49,753 nucleotides of DNA from Octopus bimaculoides (Eukaryota), in contig NC_068981.1 in NCBI RefSeq assembly GCF_001194135.2, positions 168,492,710-168,542,462 on the forward strand. Reading direction: 5' to 3'. The position numbers and the translations under genes were made by a program. The notes below the pieces were generated by a model. The model was not told the origin of the DNA. It did no database searches and saw nothing but the letters and a program-made list of their open reading frames with translations. Shown piece by piece: positions 11,491 to 23,873 of the stretch; position 1 is the first letter of the stretch; each line of letters begins with the position of its first letter.

Positions 11491-12635
11491 AAACTGAAAT
11501 AATTATTAACAAAAAAAAAAAAAAGACCAATTGCCTTGGGCTGACTAATACCTTGTGAGAAGAAAGGGTAAACAGATACTGGTGAGAGCTTCCTNNNNNN
11601 NNNNNNNNNNNNNNNNNNNNNNNNNNNNNNNNNNNNNNNNNNNNNNNNNNNNNNNNNNNNNNNNNNNNNNNNNNNNNNNNNNNNNNNNNNNNNNNNNNNN
11701 NNNNNNNNNNNNNNNNNNNNNNNNNNNNNNNNNNNNNNNNNNNNNNNNNNNNNNNNNNNNNNNNNNNNNNNNNNNNNNNNNNNNNNNNNNNNNNNNNNNN
11801 NNNNNNNNNNNNNNNNNNNNNNNNNNNNNNNNNNNNNNNNNNNNNNNNNNNNNNNNNNNNNNNNNNNNNNNNNNNNNNNNNNNNNNNNNNNNNNNNNNNN
11901 NNNNNNNNNNNNNNNNNNNNNNNNNNNNNNNNNNNNNNNNNNNNNNNNNNNNNNNNNNNNNNNNNNNNNNNNNNNNNNNNNNNNNNNNNNNNNNNNNNNN
12001 NNNNNNNNNNNNNNNNNNNNNNNNNNNNNNNNNNNNNNNNNNNNNNNNNNNNNNNNNNNNNNNNNNNNNNNNNNNNNNNNNNNNNNNNNNNNNNNNNNNN
12101 NNNNNNNNNNNNNNNNNNNNNNNNNNNNNNNNNNNNNNNNNNNNNNNNNNNNNNNNNNNNNNNNNNNNNNNNNNNNNNNNNNNNNNNNNNNNNNNNNNNN
12201 NNNNNNNNNNNNNNNNNNNNNNNNNNNNNNNNNNNNNNNNNNNNNNNNNNNNNNNNNNNNNNNNNNNNNNNNNNNNNNNGGGCATCCAGCTGTAGAAACT
12301 CTGCCAAATCAGATTGGAGCCTGGTGTAGCCATCTGGTTTCACCAGTCCTCAGTCAAACCGTCCAACCCATGCTAGCATGGAAAGCGGATGTTAAATGAT
12401 GATGATGATGATGATGATAATGATTACATTCCACAGCTCTGCACTTTTGAAGTAATGTATCAAAAAAGTTTCCCTTACTTGCACAAAAGGCAAGGGTTGG
12501 GGGTGACAGGAAGAGCATCTGGTTGTGAAATACTACCTTAGAAAAAGTACCATTTCCAATCTGTACCAGTACAAGGAAATGGATGCAGAATGAGTGAATG
12601 AATGAACAAATGAACTAATCAATAAGTATTCTCAC

Positions 12636-12740
12636 CCTTTGAACTAACACCATAGATCATTTGATGATGCCAGGAGTCTGGGATCGCCCAACCTGGTTGA
12701 ACTGCCTTTTGGATATTTAAAGTAGCAATAGGTACTGCAT
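12636..12740 (-). CDS. Coding exon 6 (D-AVPIATLNIQKAVQPGWAIPDSWHHQMIYGVSSK-G); contains candidate catalytic His
   Basis: Acceptor tttatttcag, donor AGG|GTGAGA; 105 nt, phase 1/1. Confidence 0.88.
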
Positions 12741-13409
12741 CTGAAATAAAATATAAATAAATGAATTGTTTTTTTAATAATAATAATAATAATAATATAA
12801 CTTTAATAGTATAATCACTGAGTACCAGCCACATTTAAGTTATGATGGCTGTGTGATCTAAATGCCATGTTCTCAGTTCAGAGTTTAAATCCCATTTGAG
12901 TTGACTTTGCTTTTCCTCCCTCCAAGCTGGATGCTAGATAAAATAAACACCAGTAACATATTGCATCCACCACAAGTGCCATTCTTTGTTATGGTGTAGT
13001 TGGCTTGTTCGTTTCAATGACCCTGAGAGCTATACCAATGGATTGCAAGCTGCTGGGAGGGCCTCCAAAGCTGGACAGGTCAAAGGTTAGAGGTCAGGCT
13101 AATATAGACTTCCTCTTCCTAACAATACTACCTAGAAAAATAAGTGAAGTTGTCAATATTAATTTAAAACCAACAAAACCTGGGAAAAGAAGGCCATCTC
13201 TCAGCTGCATTGAAATCCGAAAGGACCTCCTGCTTTACATGTCATTCTCTGACATGAATCCGCAAGAGAGGTAGAAGAGAGGACTCACTAAAAACAGCTG
13301 GAGGCAAAGTTGGGAAAACAGGGATCCATCTGGATAAAAACAGAAAGCTTGAACAGAGAAAAGTGAAGAAAAGTTATTGCTGCCCTGTGCTCCATACGGA
13401 ATGAAAGTC

Positions 13410-13830
13410 TTAACCCTTTAGCATTTAAACCAGCCCATGTCTGGTAAGTTCACCGTTAACAATTCATTGCAGGGAAAGTTCAGTCATCAGTTCCCTGTTT
13501 TTATTTTTCAATAAAATAGTTTTTGACTATTAATGGTGAGATACTATGGATATATTTTCTTGGTAAACTTTTCTCGCAGTGAACTTTCCTCAAGGTGAAC
13601 TTCCTTCATGGTGAATTGATGGCAGTGAATTCACCTGTAATCAAACTGGCCATATCTGACCCAACTATTCTACCTATGTTATGCACAAACTGGTCAAATC
13701 AAACCTCTTACACCTATTCTACAATCACATCATAAAAAGCTTGAAGCCAGAAGATAATGCATGATTAATTCCATGACGTGAATAAATAAGCATTACATTT
13801 GACAGAGTAAGCTGAATGCTAAAAGGTGAA
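13410..13830. mobile_element. Second piggyBac-like MITE family copy, apparently interrupted by a ~190-bp insert
   Basis: TTAA|CCCTTTAGCATT ... AATGCTAAAAGG|TGAA termini. Confidence 0.55.
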
Positions 13831-14507
13831 GGGAAATGACGTGAACATAGTGTACAAGTAACTATATCATTTCCTATAAAAATCTGTGGCTTTGTAATAA
13901 AGACAGAAACCCACTGTACATTGAAAGGTGCAGTGTGGTTTTGAGTGCAGTATGATAGAGACATGAAATAGTAGGAGGGCTGGATTTTGTGGTCTCATTC
14001 TTCAATAAACTATCAACATTCCACAGGTCTGCTGAAGCAAGACTGACTAGTATGACACAACAGACATTACTGTAGTTATGCATTAACGATTCAAAGAGAG
14101 AAATGGTAGAAATAGTCATAATAAACTTAGTAAAGGTACATAATTTATTAGAACATAAACTGATGAAACTGCGGATTAAGTGGGATTAGTCCAACCAGAG
14201 AGCAGTCAACTCCATGGATCAGATGCAGAGGAGGATACTACATTGCAGAACTGTTGAACCCATAACAACAGAAGAATAAATGTGATGATGATGACAATGG
14301 GAAAACAAATATCAAAGGCCAATTGGGGATAATCAAATATATTACATGAATCTAATATTTTTTTTTACAGAATTTAAATAATCTAATTTTTAGTATTTTA
14401 ATCATGGATACAAAAAAATGTGAGAGATGTTAATGTGAATATGCTAATTATTTCAGCAAATAAAACCAGTTTTAAGAAATCCATGAGAAGGAAAATTTCC
14501 TTTCAAC

Positions 14508-14639
14508 CTTTTTTAATCCATTCTCCAAGCCATTTCAAAACTTGAACATCACGGGGTGGATAGAAATCAAAAAATCTCCCTTTAATGGTTCCATTTGTCA
14601 AAGATTCAACAAACTTGATTAAATCCTCAGCAGTAGTTC
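14508..14639 (-). CDS. Coding exon 5 (G-TTAEDLIKFVESLTNGTIKGRFFDFYPPRDVQVLKWLGEWIKK-D)
   Basis: Acceptor ctctttctag; 132 nt, phase 1/1. The donor is weak (AAG|GTTGAA) but is the nearest GT giving the required phase before the in-frame stop. Confidence 0.85.
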
Positions 14640-15368
14640 CTAGAAAGAGAAGAGAAGAAACACAGAAATACAGAATATGAACAATGGAAGAGGATGGACA
14701 AAGAAATCGGAAAAGAAATCATAAAATTAAAAACAGAATACTTTTTGCTTATTACTACATTTCAAGGTATCTCCATAAACTATAGAATATTTTCTGAAAG
14801 TTGACTTTAGAAGCTGTTTGATTATAGACTTAGAAAAAAAATGCAATAGTTATGAGGTAAAGATACTGCCAGAGCCTTACAATCTGTTGTTAGTGGTATC
14901 TAATACATGTCACATTTATATAGTGAAATTTATTGAGAAAAAAGTATCTGGCTATAAAACAAAATTTCAATACTGAAATGAATTTAACTATAACAAACTT
15001 GTTATATGGTGGATTGCCAGAATCAGTAGAGACACAGATAAAAGTGCCTTGTGGAATCAAACTTTGCCTTCTTACATTCTGTGTTCAAATCTTGCTGAAG
15101 TTGACTTCTGCCTTTTATCTTGGGGTTGCAATAACAATGTATGAAACATGTATCTGTGGTTGATGCAATTAAAATTAAACCCAGTACCCAAAATGTAAAG
15201 CCTTTTGCCTAGGCTAGAAATCCTTAGTTGTAAGGAAAAAGCAAAGAAAAAAAAAGCTATATCTATTTCACATTAATGTTAATAATTTAAAACTAAATTT
15301 CATGGGGTATCATTTGGTACTGAAGCACCTCACAGATAGTTTCTGAGTGTTACAAAAAATTTACTTAC

Positions 15369-15480
15369 CTGCTTTTGCTCTAGAAAATAAGTACTGTGGA
15401 ATTGGAGCTGTGGAGTCTCTCAAATTGATTGGAGCCTTTTCTAATACTTTAGGTTTGTCCAATAAGATATTAAATGCATT
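15369..15480 (-). CDS. Coding exon 4 (NAFNILLDKPKVLEKAPINLRDSTAPIPQYLFSRAKA-G)
   Basis: Acceptor cttctactag, donor CAG|GTAAGT; 112 nt, phase 0/1, open frame. Confidence 0.88.
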
Positions 15481-16974
15481 CTAGTAGAAGTAATAAATAA
15501 ATTAAATTAAAATATCTAATATGAATTCTGCGTAATAAAAGAGGTAAAAAAAAAAGAAAGAAAAGAAAAAGCCTAACATTTGTAACACATTAAAATATAA
15601 GGAAACATGTCACAACAGACCAAGATTGATTTCAATCTCCTTTAGCAGTTCTTATTGCCAACCAAGTTATTGTAAAATATTTAGGGACGATATTTAACTC
15701 TTTATGCTTCATCCGGAAGGCCTCACAACACTTATTCTAAGCAGCCTCAGGAAGGAAGTTTTGCAAACTTTAGTTGTTTTCTTTTTTGCATCTTTTTTCT
15801 AATAGTCGGGTCTGAAGGAAGGGGCAGTGACCTTGGCCTTTGGAGACCCTCTTTGACTAGTAAGATTTGATGTTATTAATGTTTCCACTGAAATTCTGAA
15901 TGTCACCAACACTAGGGAAAAACATGAGTAAGGAGGGAGCTTTAGAGGGAACAACATTCTGGAAAGGGAAGATGGAATGAAGAACTGAGCATAGTGTTTA
16001 GTGTAGAGTCTGGGGTTGGGCATTGGATATAACAAGAGAGGAGAATTAAGATGAGCAAGTTAGAAATGCCTGAGTGAGATGGTATAAGCTCAACAGAAGA
16101 GGCAGAAAAGGCAGAATGAGGAAACGGCAACTGTAGACTTGTTCTAAAACCATTTCCTCAAGGTCTTCCAGTAAAAAAAAAAAAGTAATCCTGCCTCTTC
16201 CACTCATCATAATCATTATCATTTTACATCTGCCTTCTATGCCATACAAAAAGAGAATGGTGTTAATGCAATACTGTGAAATGACAGTAAACAAATGCAT
16301 ATATATATATATATATATATATATNNNNNNNNNNNNNNNNNNNNNNNNNNNNNNNNNNNNNNNNNNNNNNNNNNNNNNNNNNNNNNNNNNNNNNNNNNNN
16401 NNNNNNNNNNNNNNNNNNNNNNNNGGTGCATCTCATGTGCCACCCGCGCAAGAACCAGTCCAGGGGCACTGGCAGCGATATATATATACATACAGAGAGA
16501 CAGACAAACATTTTTATATAAAAATATACAACATAATACACAAACACGCCTGTTTAAATTAAAATATAATATATAAAAAAATAACATTTTTTTAATACAA
16601 ACGTATGTTTATATAAACATAAAAAAAATGAGATAAGGAGAAAAATTCATATAAATGAATTAAAGGATGATATACTGAATGACGATGTACACACAATTTT
16701 TACAATTAACTGAAGTTTCCCTCTTAACTGGATCAAAGCAGTTTCATTGTGACTAAACTTCACGTCTGCAGCTGCCACCTCATCAAAGCTCAGATTTTTT
16801 TTTCCTCTGTTAAGCATGAAAATTCCTGTTTTGAATTCTTGAAATTTTCTCTCCTTTATTTTGAAAATTTGTTAACATTTACCATAAGGGCTTTGTTTTC
16901 TGACTCCAGTTTAGAGGGAAATAGCAATTATTTGAGAATTTTTTTGCATATATCATGTAGTATGTTGGCCAGTA

Positions 16975-17356
16975 TGGAGGCACAATGGCCTAGTGGTTAG
17001 GGCAGCAGACTCGCGGTCATAGGATCGCGGTTTCGATTCCCAGACCGGGCGTTGTGAGTGTTTATTGAGCGAAAACACCTAAAAGCTCCGCGAGGCTCCG
17101 GCAGGGGATAGTGGCGAACCCTGCTGTACTCTTTCACCACAACTTTCTCTTACTTCCTGTTTCTGTTGTGCCTGTAATTCAAAGGGTCAGCCTTGTCAAA
17201 CTAACTGTCACGATGAATATCCCCAAGAACTACGTTAAGGGTACACGTGTCTGTGGAGTGCTTAGCCATTTGCACGTTAATTTCACAAGCAGGCTGTTCC
17301 ATTGATTGGATCAACAGGAACCCTCGACGTCATAAGCGACGGAGTGCCAACAACAA
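16975..17356 (+). mobile_element. Young tRNA-derived SINE (family A) with 13-bp TSD ATGTTGGCCAGTA
   Basis: A box tggcctagtgg, B box ggtttcgattcc, (caa)n tail; TSD at 16962-16974 and 17357-17369. Confidence 0.9.
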
Positions 17357-17454
17357 ATGTTGGCCAGTAACTTACATATTACAAAAGACAGTGGGTGTAT
17401 ATTTAAAAACAAAGAAAAAAGCAATAGGATCGAATAACTTATCGAATAACTTAC

Positions 17455-17595
17455 CAACATGTTAAGGACAGCAATAGGGCCACATGCGGAAACTTCAGTC
17501 TCTGACCGTTTCACTTGTCTATGGTAAGCTTGGTTTTCATCCCAAATCATTACACGTTCTACACTAGATCTTCTTGACTTCATAGAATGGTTCTT
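17455..17595 (-). CDS. Coding exon 3 (KNHSMKSRRSSVERVMIWDENQAYHRQVKRSETEVSACGPIAVLNML); contains candidate catalytic Cys
   Basis: Acceptor ttcttgtgacag, donor TTG|GTAAGT; 141 nt, phase 0/0. Confidence 0.88.
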
Positions 17596-18479
17596 CTGTC
17601 ACAAGAAATAACAGTAAAAATGATGTACAAGCTGAGATACAAGAGGAGTAAGGGGCAGTGACAGGTGGGGGTGGTGCATTACAAAAATAATAAGCAGCAA
17701 ATGAAAGTAAAAAAAATAAAGAAATGTCATTCATATATATATATATAAATTGTCTTGTACCCTTTTCACTCCTCTTTTCTGGCTAGCCAGAAACTAACTT
17801 CCTCCACTTATAGTTTGTCCTTTTTTTCCTTCCTTCTTCCAACTTGCTCTGGATGGTTTGTAGGATTAAGGAAATTCTAATTCACTGTGTAGTAACTGCT
17901 TGATTAGAATAAATTAATTAAATAAACAGGAGCTATCTGTCAGTTGGCAGATATTCACATAAATCTTGTTCTTTATAGGCACTGATGACAGTCCCCCAAA
18001 TGTCTACTATTCCTTTTAAATTCACATTTTAAAGACCACCACACTCAATGTCAGCACAAAGAAAGGTAGGACCAGTTAGATTGTTGAAATGCTAGAGTTG
18101 GAGCATGAAGATGTATGCTATGTGCAAAAGGTAAGATGGAGGAGAGCCTTAGTTAGCTTCTTCATAAGCAAAGAACATAGGTACAAATTCCTTTGGTAGG
18201 CAGTAGAAGTGGGGGAGGTGGTGTAAGCATATTTTTGGAGGAAAAATGTGTAGATAAAGTGAGATAATTAGAGTGTGTGATACTCAAGCTAAGACTAATC
18301 TTAGATAAATTAACAGTTACATTTATATCTGCCTATATGCCACACTCTAGGCTGGCAAATGATAAAAAGGACTAATTTTATGAAGTCCTTTTGCAGATTA
18401 TCTCAATCATGAATGACATTGACTTCGTTATTGGGCCATTAACTTCAACAGACATGTTGGACAGCACCCGGATGAATTC

Positions 18480-19150
18480 CAGGTACAGCACTGACCAGGA
18501 GAAAGTCTTTGACCAAGTCCCTCACTCTGCAATCAGGTTGTCTCTGAGGAAGCTACAGGTAGATGAATAGCTAGTGAAAGTCATATGCAGGGGTACTGTC
18601 AGTAAAGTGAGAGTTAGCCACAAGTGCAGTGACGAATTTAGAGCACAGGTTGGAATTCACTAGGGCTCAATTCTCCATTCTCCCTTATTTATCATAGTCC
18701 TCCAGGCCATAGCACAAGAATTTAAAACCAGTTCTCATAGAAGAATCCACAGAAGAATTCGAAAGGAAATTCCAGATACAGAAGCAAAACTTGGAATGAA
18801 AGGTTCTTAAAGTTAACTTGGCAAAGACTAAAGTTCTAATAAGCAGGACAACAGACAAAACTCTATTCCCATCAAATAAATGGCCTTGCCTGGTATGTAG
18901 GAAAGACGTAGACAGGAAGTGCAAGCTATGAACACACAAGAAGTGTAGTGGAGTCACAGGAGAGTTAGCAGAGTAAGTAGTCTTTGTATGTGGAAAATGT
19001 GTAGGAGTTAAAGACACAGGGGGGAAATAGATTCTCTCAAATGCCTTGGAGGCTCCTTAGAAGCAGTAGATAGTTTCTGTTGCCTAGCTGACCTAATTAG
19101 CAGCTGAGAAGGTTGTTCTGAAAGTATAGCTGCTAGAATAAAAATAGGTA
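18480..19150 (+). mobile_element. Older, degenerate RTE LINE RT fragment
   Basis: DQEKVFDQVP (cf. DLEKAFDRVP), VSKVRV..EFRAQVGIH*GS, WPCLVCRK..THKKC..VCGKC, SESIAARIKIG; several stops. Confidence 0.75.
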
Positions 19151-19348
19151 ATTCATTTTATTCCTCCCAGGAGTAACTATTAAGATTTGACTGCTGAATA
19201 TTTTGTAATATGCAAGCAAATAGCACAAAAATATTCAATTCAGTGCTTTGCTGTCTGTGAAAGCAAATTAAGAGTCATACATAAAATTTATAATTTTCTG
19301 TTGTTTTCCAGTCTGTTCATTTATGAATGTCCGAGGTATGGCTTTAAA

Positions 19349-19465
19349 TTGCATTTAGTCACGGTTCTACACTAAGTCCCCAGTTCTACATTGCATTGAG
19401 TTCCCAGTTCCACTCTACATTGAGTCCCTGGTTCTATTCTGCATTGAGTCCCCGGATCTATTCTG
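19349..19465. repeat. Minisatellite, ~24-bp unit, about 4.5 diverged copies
   Basis: cccagttctacattgcattgagtt / cccagttccactctacattgagtc / cctggttctattctgcattgagtc / cccggatctattctg. Confidence 0.75.
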
Positions 19466-20264
19466 ACCCAGAGCAGTTGTTCTTACGAGGGGACCCAGTT
19501 ATGGGTTAATTAGCATGTCACGAAAGGTCACTCACAGGCATTCTATTGAGCCCAGGCAAATGAGGACTTTGAGCTTTGTAGTTGCTTATCTAAGAGAAAG
19601 TAAACCCATATAAATCCTACATCCTTATAACAACTGGGCTTGTGGCACCTGTTGCATCAGGCCGATACAAGTCTGAAGGAGAAAAGAGCGGGACTGACTC
19701 TGCATAAACCATATCCACTATGATAATAACATTCACTGTGCAGGTTGTTCAGCGAACCAAGACACAAGTCCAAACACTATCTCACTTTCTTCCTAAGTCT
19801 AGTGGTAATAGGGAAAGAGGCAACAGAGATAGGTAGAGGATGCTACAAGAGATTTTCAGCTTTGACCCTGCATACAGGTGGTCATGGATTGATGGTCATT
19901 TTCCATTTATATATAAACAAATATTTTATAGTTATATACATAATTATAACAAGGGCTTGGCTTGCGTCTTGCCACACACTGAAAAATAGATGTCAAAAGA
20001 CACTATTACCACCATAAATTCTCATAATATAATATAATATATATAAGTATCGAACACGTTACAATGAAGTAGAGAAATTTGAAAAGACAACACGAAACCG
20101 GTTATTTCTCAAAATACAATGTTTATATACCAAAAAGATTTTCTAACATTTTTCTAACATAATTTAAATATATACTTTAACCATGTAACACAAGCCTTCT
20201 GTAGTTTTTTCACTCTTATTATCTTTTATACATCCAACCACGTGCTTTCACATACCAACTTTCT

Positions 20265-20295
<31 letters not shown>

Positions 20296-20836
20296 TCTTT
20301 TACTTGTTTCAGTCATTTGACTGCAGCCATGCTGGAGCACTGCCTTAAAAGGTCTTTTTAGNNNNNNNNNNNNNNNNNNNNNNNNNNNNNNNNNNNNNNN
20401 NNNNNNNNNNNNNNNNNNNNNNNNNNNNNNNNNNNNNNNNNNNNNNNNNNNNNNNNNNNNNNNNNNNNNNNNNNNNNNNNNNNNNNNNNNNNNNNNNNNN
20501 NNNNNNNNNNNNNNNNNNNNNNNNNNNNNNNNNNNNNNNNNNNNNNNNNNNNNNNNNNNNNNNNNNNNNNNNNNNNNNNNNNNNNNNNNNNNNNNNNNNN
20601 NNNNNNNNNNNNNNNNNNNNNNNNNNNNNNNNNNNNNNNNNNNNNNNNNNNNNNNNNNNNNNNNNNNNNNNNNNNNNNNNNNNNNNNNNNNNNNNNNNNN
20701 NNNNNNNNNNNNNNNNNNNNNNNNNNNNNNNNNNNNNNNNNNNNNNNNNNNNNNNNNNNNNNNNNNNNNNNNNNNNNNNNNNNNNNNNNNNNNNNNNNNN
20801 NNNNNNNNNNNNNNNNNNNNNNNNTATATATATATA

Positions 20837-21218
20837 GGTGACTGATGACAGTACCGCCTGGTTGGCACCCATGCCAGTGGCATGTTAAAAGCACCATTTG
20901 ACCATGGTTGATGCCTGTGCTGGTGGCATGTAAAAAGCACCATTTGAGCATGGTCATTGCCAGTGCTGCCTGACTGGCTCCAATGCCACTGGCATGTAGA
21001 AAGCACCATTCAAGTGTGGTCCCGCTTGACTGGCCCTCGTGCCAGTGGCATGTAAAAAGCACCCACTACACTCTCGGAGTGGTTGGCATTAGGAAGGGCA
21101 TCCAGCTGTAGAAGCACTGCCAGATTAGATTGGAGCCTGGTACAGCCTTCTGGCTTGCCAGCCCTCAGTGAAACCATGCCAGCATGGAAAGCAGACGTTA
21201 AACGATGATGATGATGAT
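20837..21218 (+). mobile_element. RTE-tail element (family E; SINE or 5'-truncated LINE) with internal tandem units and (GAT)n tail
   Basis: gcacccactacactctcggagtggttggcattaggaagggcatccagc..gcatggaaagcagacgttaaac(gat)n; four copies of gccagtggcatgtaaaaagcacc upstream. Confidence 0.8.
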
Positions 21219-22810
21219 GTAGATATGGAAGACACGACTATGCGTTTTAAGAAATTAATACTGGAACCATGTCATTTTGGTAGTGACCCAAGGCTATTGT
21301 AGAAGAGATAAACAGTCCTGAAGCCTATAATGTGTGTGTGTGTGTGTGTGTGTGTGCATGTGCACATGTATGTATGCACAGTGTGTGTAAGTGCCATGTG
21401 CATATCTTCCCAACTGAATTTTGATGTTTACGTGTGAAACAATGACCCCATTAAGACAGATTCGATGTTTACGTCTGCCACAGAAACATGTCCAGCTGTT
21501 GTGTGGCTTGTCATGTGAAAGGCAAGAAAAATAAATACCTTACTTACAGACAAGTTAAGGTAGGGCAACAAGAAAAGTATTTGGTAGTTGAAAACTGCCT
21601 CCACAAGTTTCAAGCCATAAAAGCAGAAATGTAACAATGACACTGCTCCTGAATCTCTCCTATATTTCTCTTCATCATTTGCTACAGTCACCTCATCCTG
21701 CCCACTCACCCAACTCAAGCCCCTATATCACTACACCTATTCTCACCATCCCCAATGTGTCTTGAGGGTATGTCCCAACACATTTTAGCCATTATGTCTT
21801 TCACTATTGCTCTCTGTATCTTACTCTCTAGCTCACTTTCTCCTGTTTTCCAACTGGGATATTTATGTATCTACACTACAGCAAGACACCTATATCTGTC
21901 CCATCTATGTCTTAAATCTCTCAACTGACACAAAGCCACACCCACTCGATACTACTCTCTCCTCTCCACTCCTCCTAGTTGAGGGGGTTTTTGCTCTGCA
22001 AAGTACTTTGTGATTGTTGGTGCTAGTGCCGTGTAAAAAGCACTCAGTACACTCTGTAAAGTGATTGGTATATCCAGCTGTACAAACCATGTTAAAACAG
22101 ACAACAGAACCTGGAGTGGCTCCTGGCCTTGCCAGCCCCTGTCAAACCATCCAACCCATGCCAGCATGGAAAACAGATGTTAAATGATGATGATATACAG
22201 ATACAATGGAAGAGTGAAATGGGTGATTCTTAGCTGAAGAGCTCTTATGTCACAGCAGCTGTTTCATTGTCTTCAAGAAAGACAATCCTGTAAGATCTTA
22301 TTTTATCAATTGCGATAATAAAATCACCAGTTTGTGTTGTTTGAGAAGTTACCTGTGAGATACTAACTTCCTCTCCGAGGGTAGATCTATCTCATCTTCT
22401 AGGTGCAGATTGGCAGTGTGGGTAAGAAGCTTGTATGTGTGTATACCTTTGACTTGACATCATGTGATGACTTAACAAGTGTCACTGTCATACAAGTGTT
22501 GTTTCTTTTTAGTCTTTCCATAAAAAAAGATGTCTGGCCAAGGGAAATATTACCTTGTTTAGAAATGGGTAAGGGTTGGTAACAGGAAGGGTATCCAGCC
22601 ATAGAAAATCTGCCTCAATGACTTCTGTCTGACCCATGCTGGCTTGGAAAAGTGCTAAGTGGTTGTTAAATGGTGATGATGATCATGTTGTTCAGATATT
22701 GGAGGAGATGGTGTTAGGCGTTGACTCAATGGCTTCTTGTGAGTAGCAAAAAGATTGACAACCTAATACTGGTAAAATCTGGAGTCCTTTGAAATTAGCT
22801 ATGATCTGCA

Positions 22811-23039
22811 TTAACCCTTTTGTTATCATATTTCTGTTGAGATGCTCTGTGTTTCTTTCAATTAATTTTAAATATAACAAAGAATTTAGCAAAATAACTT
22901 AGTTATCATTAAGCTAGTGTAAGGAACATAAATTGTGACTAAGGTTCGGAGAAAAGTTTTAATTCAGAACTTTTGAAAACAAGACATTTGTTCTCAGAGC
23001 CAGAGGTAGTTTCAGCTGGGTTGGTATCAAAAGGGTTAA
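22811..23039. mobile_element. piggyBac-like MITE with TTAA target duplication
   Basis: TTAA|CCCTTTTGTTATCA ... TGGTATCAAAAGGG|TTAA. Confidence 0.8.
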
Positions 23040-23644
23040 TAACCAACAATCAATCCATAGTCCTGTTTGGACTAATTTTGGAAGAGTTTGCTAAGTTCAG
23101 TTGCTGTGAAGAGTGAAGAACCTCATGCTTTCTTCTCTTACTCTCAGGTGAATGGCAGTTGCTGGAAATGTTAAATTCCTAACTAACCTTAGTCTTTATC
23201 TAGTTCGCCATGTTTATATAGAAATGCAAGAATGTTAGAAAGATCAACAGCAAACACAAATGTAATGGTATGAAATAGTAAGAGACTCTTTTTGCAGTTG
23301 TCCTACCTTCTAGAAATAACAGTCAAATCTCCATCAAACCACACTACCACCTTAGAAAAGAATGACACAATGGATAATGGCATAATAAACAATGCAGTAC
23401 TGGGGAAAGAGAGGAAATGCCTTCTGATCATAAATTTTTGTTGATGGATCTGGTTGGCCTATGGTTAAATAACATGAGTAAAATTAAAGAGAGGTAAGAA
23501 TAACTGGCTAGTTTTAAATAGCTGCAAGTATGTACATTCAGTAGATAATTGTCATGTGTAGAAATTCTTTGTGTATAATTATATGGTTTCTGCAATAGTA
23601 GATGTTTTCAAATATTTCATAAAACATAGTTATCAGCAACTTAC

Positions 23645-23807
23645 CTTACTAGTATGCTGCATATTTAAAGCATGCGAGTCTGTCTTGTGATCAGTGTCGG
23701 AAGCAGAGGTGCAGCAGCATTTGTCACCAGGACTGTCAGCAGTGCATTTGTCTAATCGGACCCTGTCGATATCTTCATAGATTGGTTCTTGTGTACTGGG
23801 AATATCA
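23645..23807 (-). CDS. Coding exon 2 (R-DIPSTQEPIYEDIDRVRLDKCTADSPGDKCCCTSASDTDHKTDSHALNMQHTSK)
   Basis: Acceptor tactag, donor AAG|GTAAGT; 163 nt, phase 2 in and phase 0 out, keeping the frame between exons 1 and 3. Confidence 0.8.
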
Positions 23808-23824
23808 CTAGTATATGAAAATAC

Positions 23825-23825
23825 A

Positions 23826-23870
<45 letters not shown>
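23825..23870. repeat. (CA)n microsatellite, read as (UG)n in the pre-mRNA just upstream of the exon 2 acceptor
   Basis: Direct reading. Confidence 0.95.

Positions 23871-23873
<3 letters not shown>

Noticed and set aside
15800-16170. Possible decayed LINE endonuclease segment (also 12990-13330 and 28620-29350 as possible LINE remnants)
   Set aside because: Too degraded to assign without a database search.
17429-17454. 12-bp tandem duplication (taagttattcga x2) at the exon 3 donor
   Set aside because: The second copy lacks GT; probably a neutral slippage event.
20871-21065. Repeat-spacer pattern resembling a CRISPR array
   Set aside because: Spacers are variants of one another, the array lies within a eukaryotic retroelement, and there are no cas genes.
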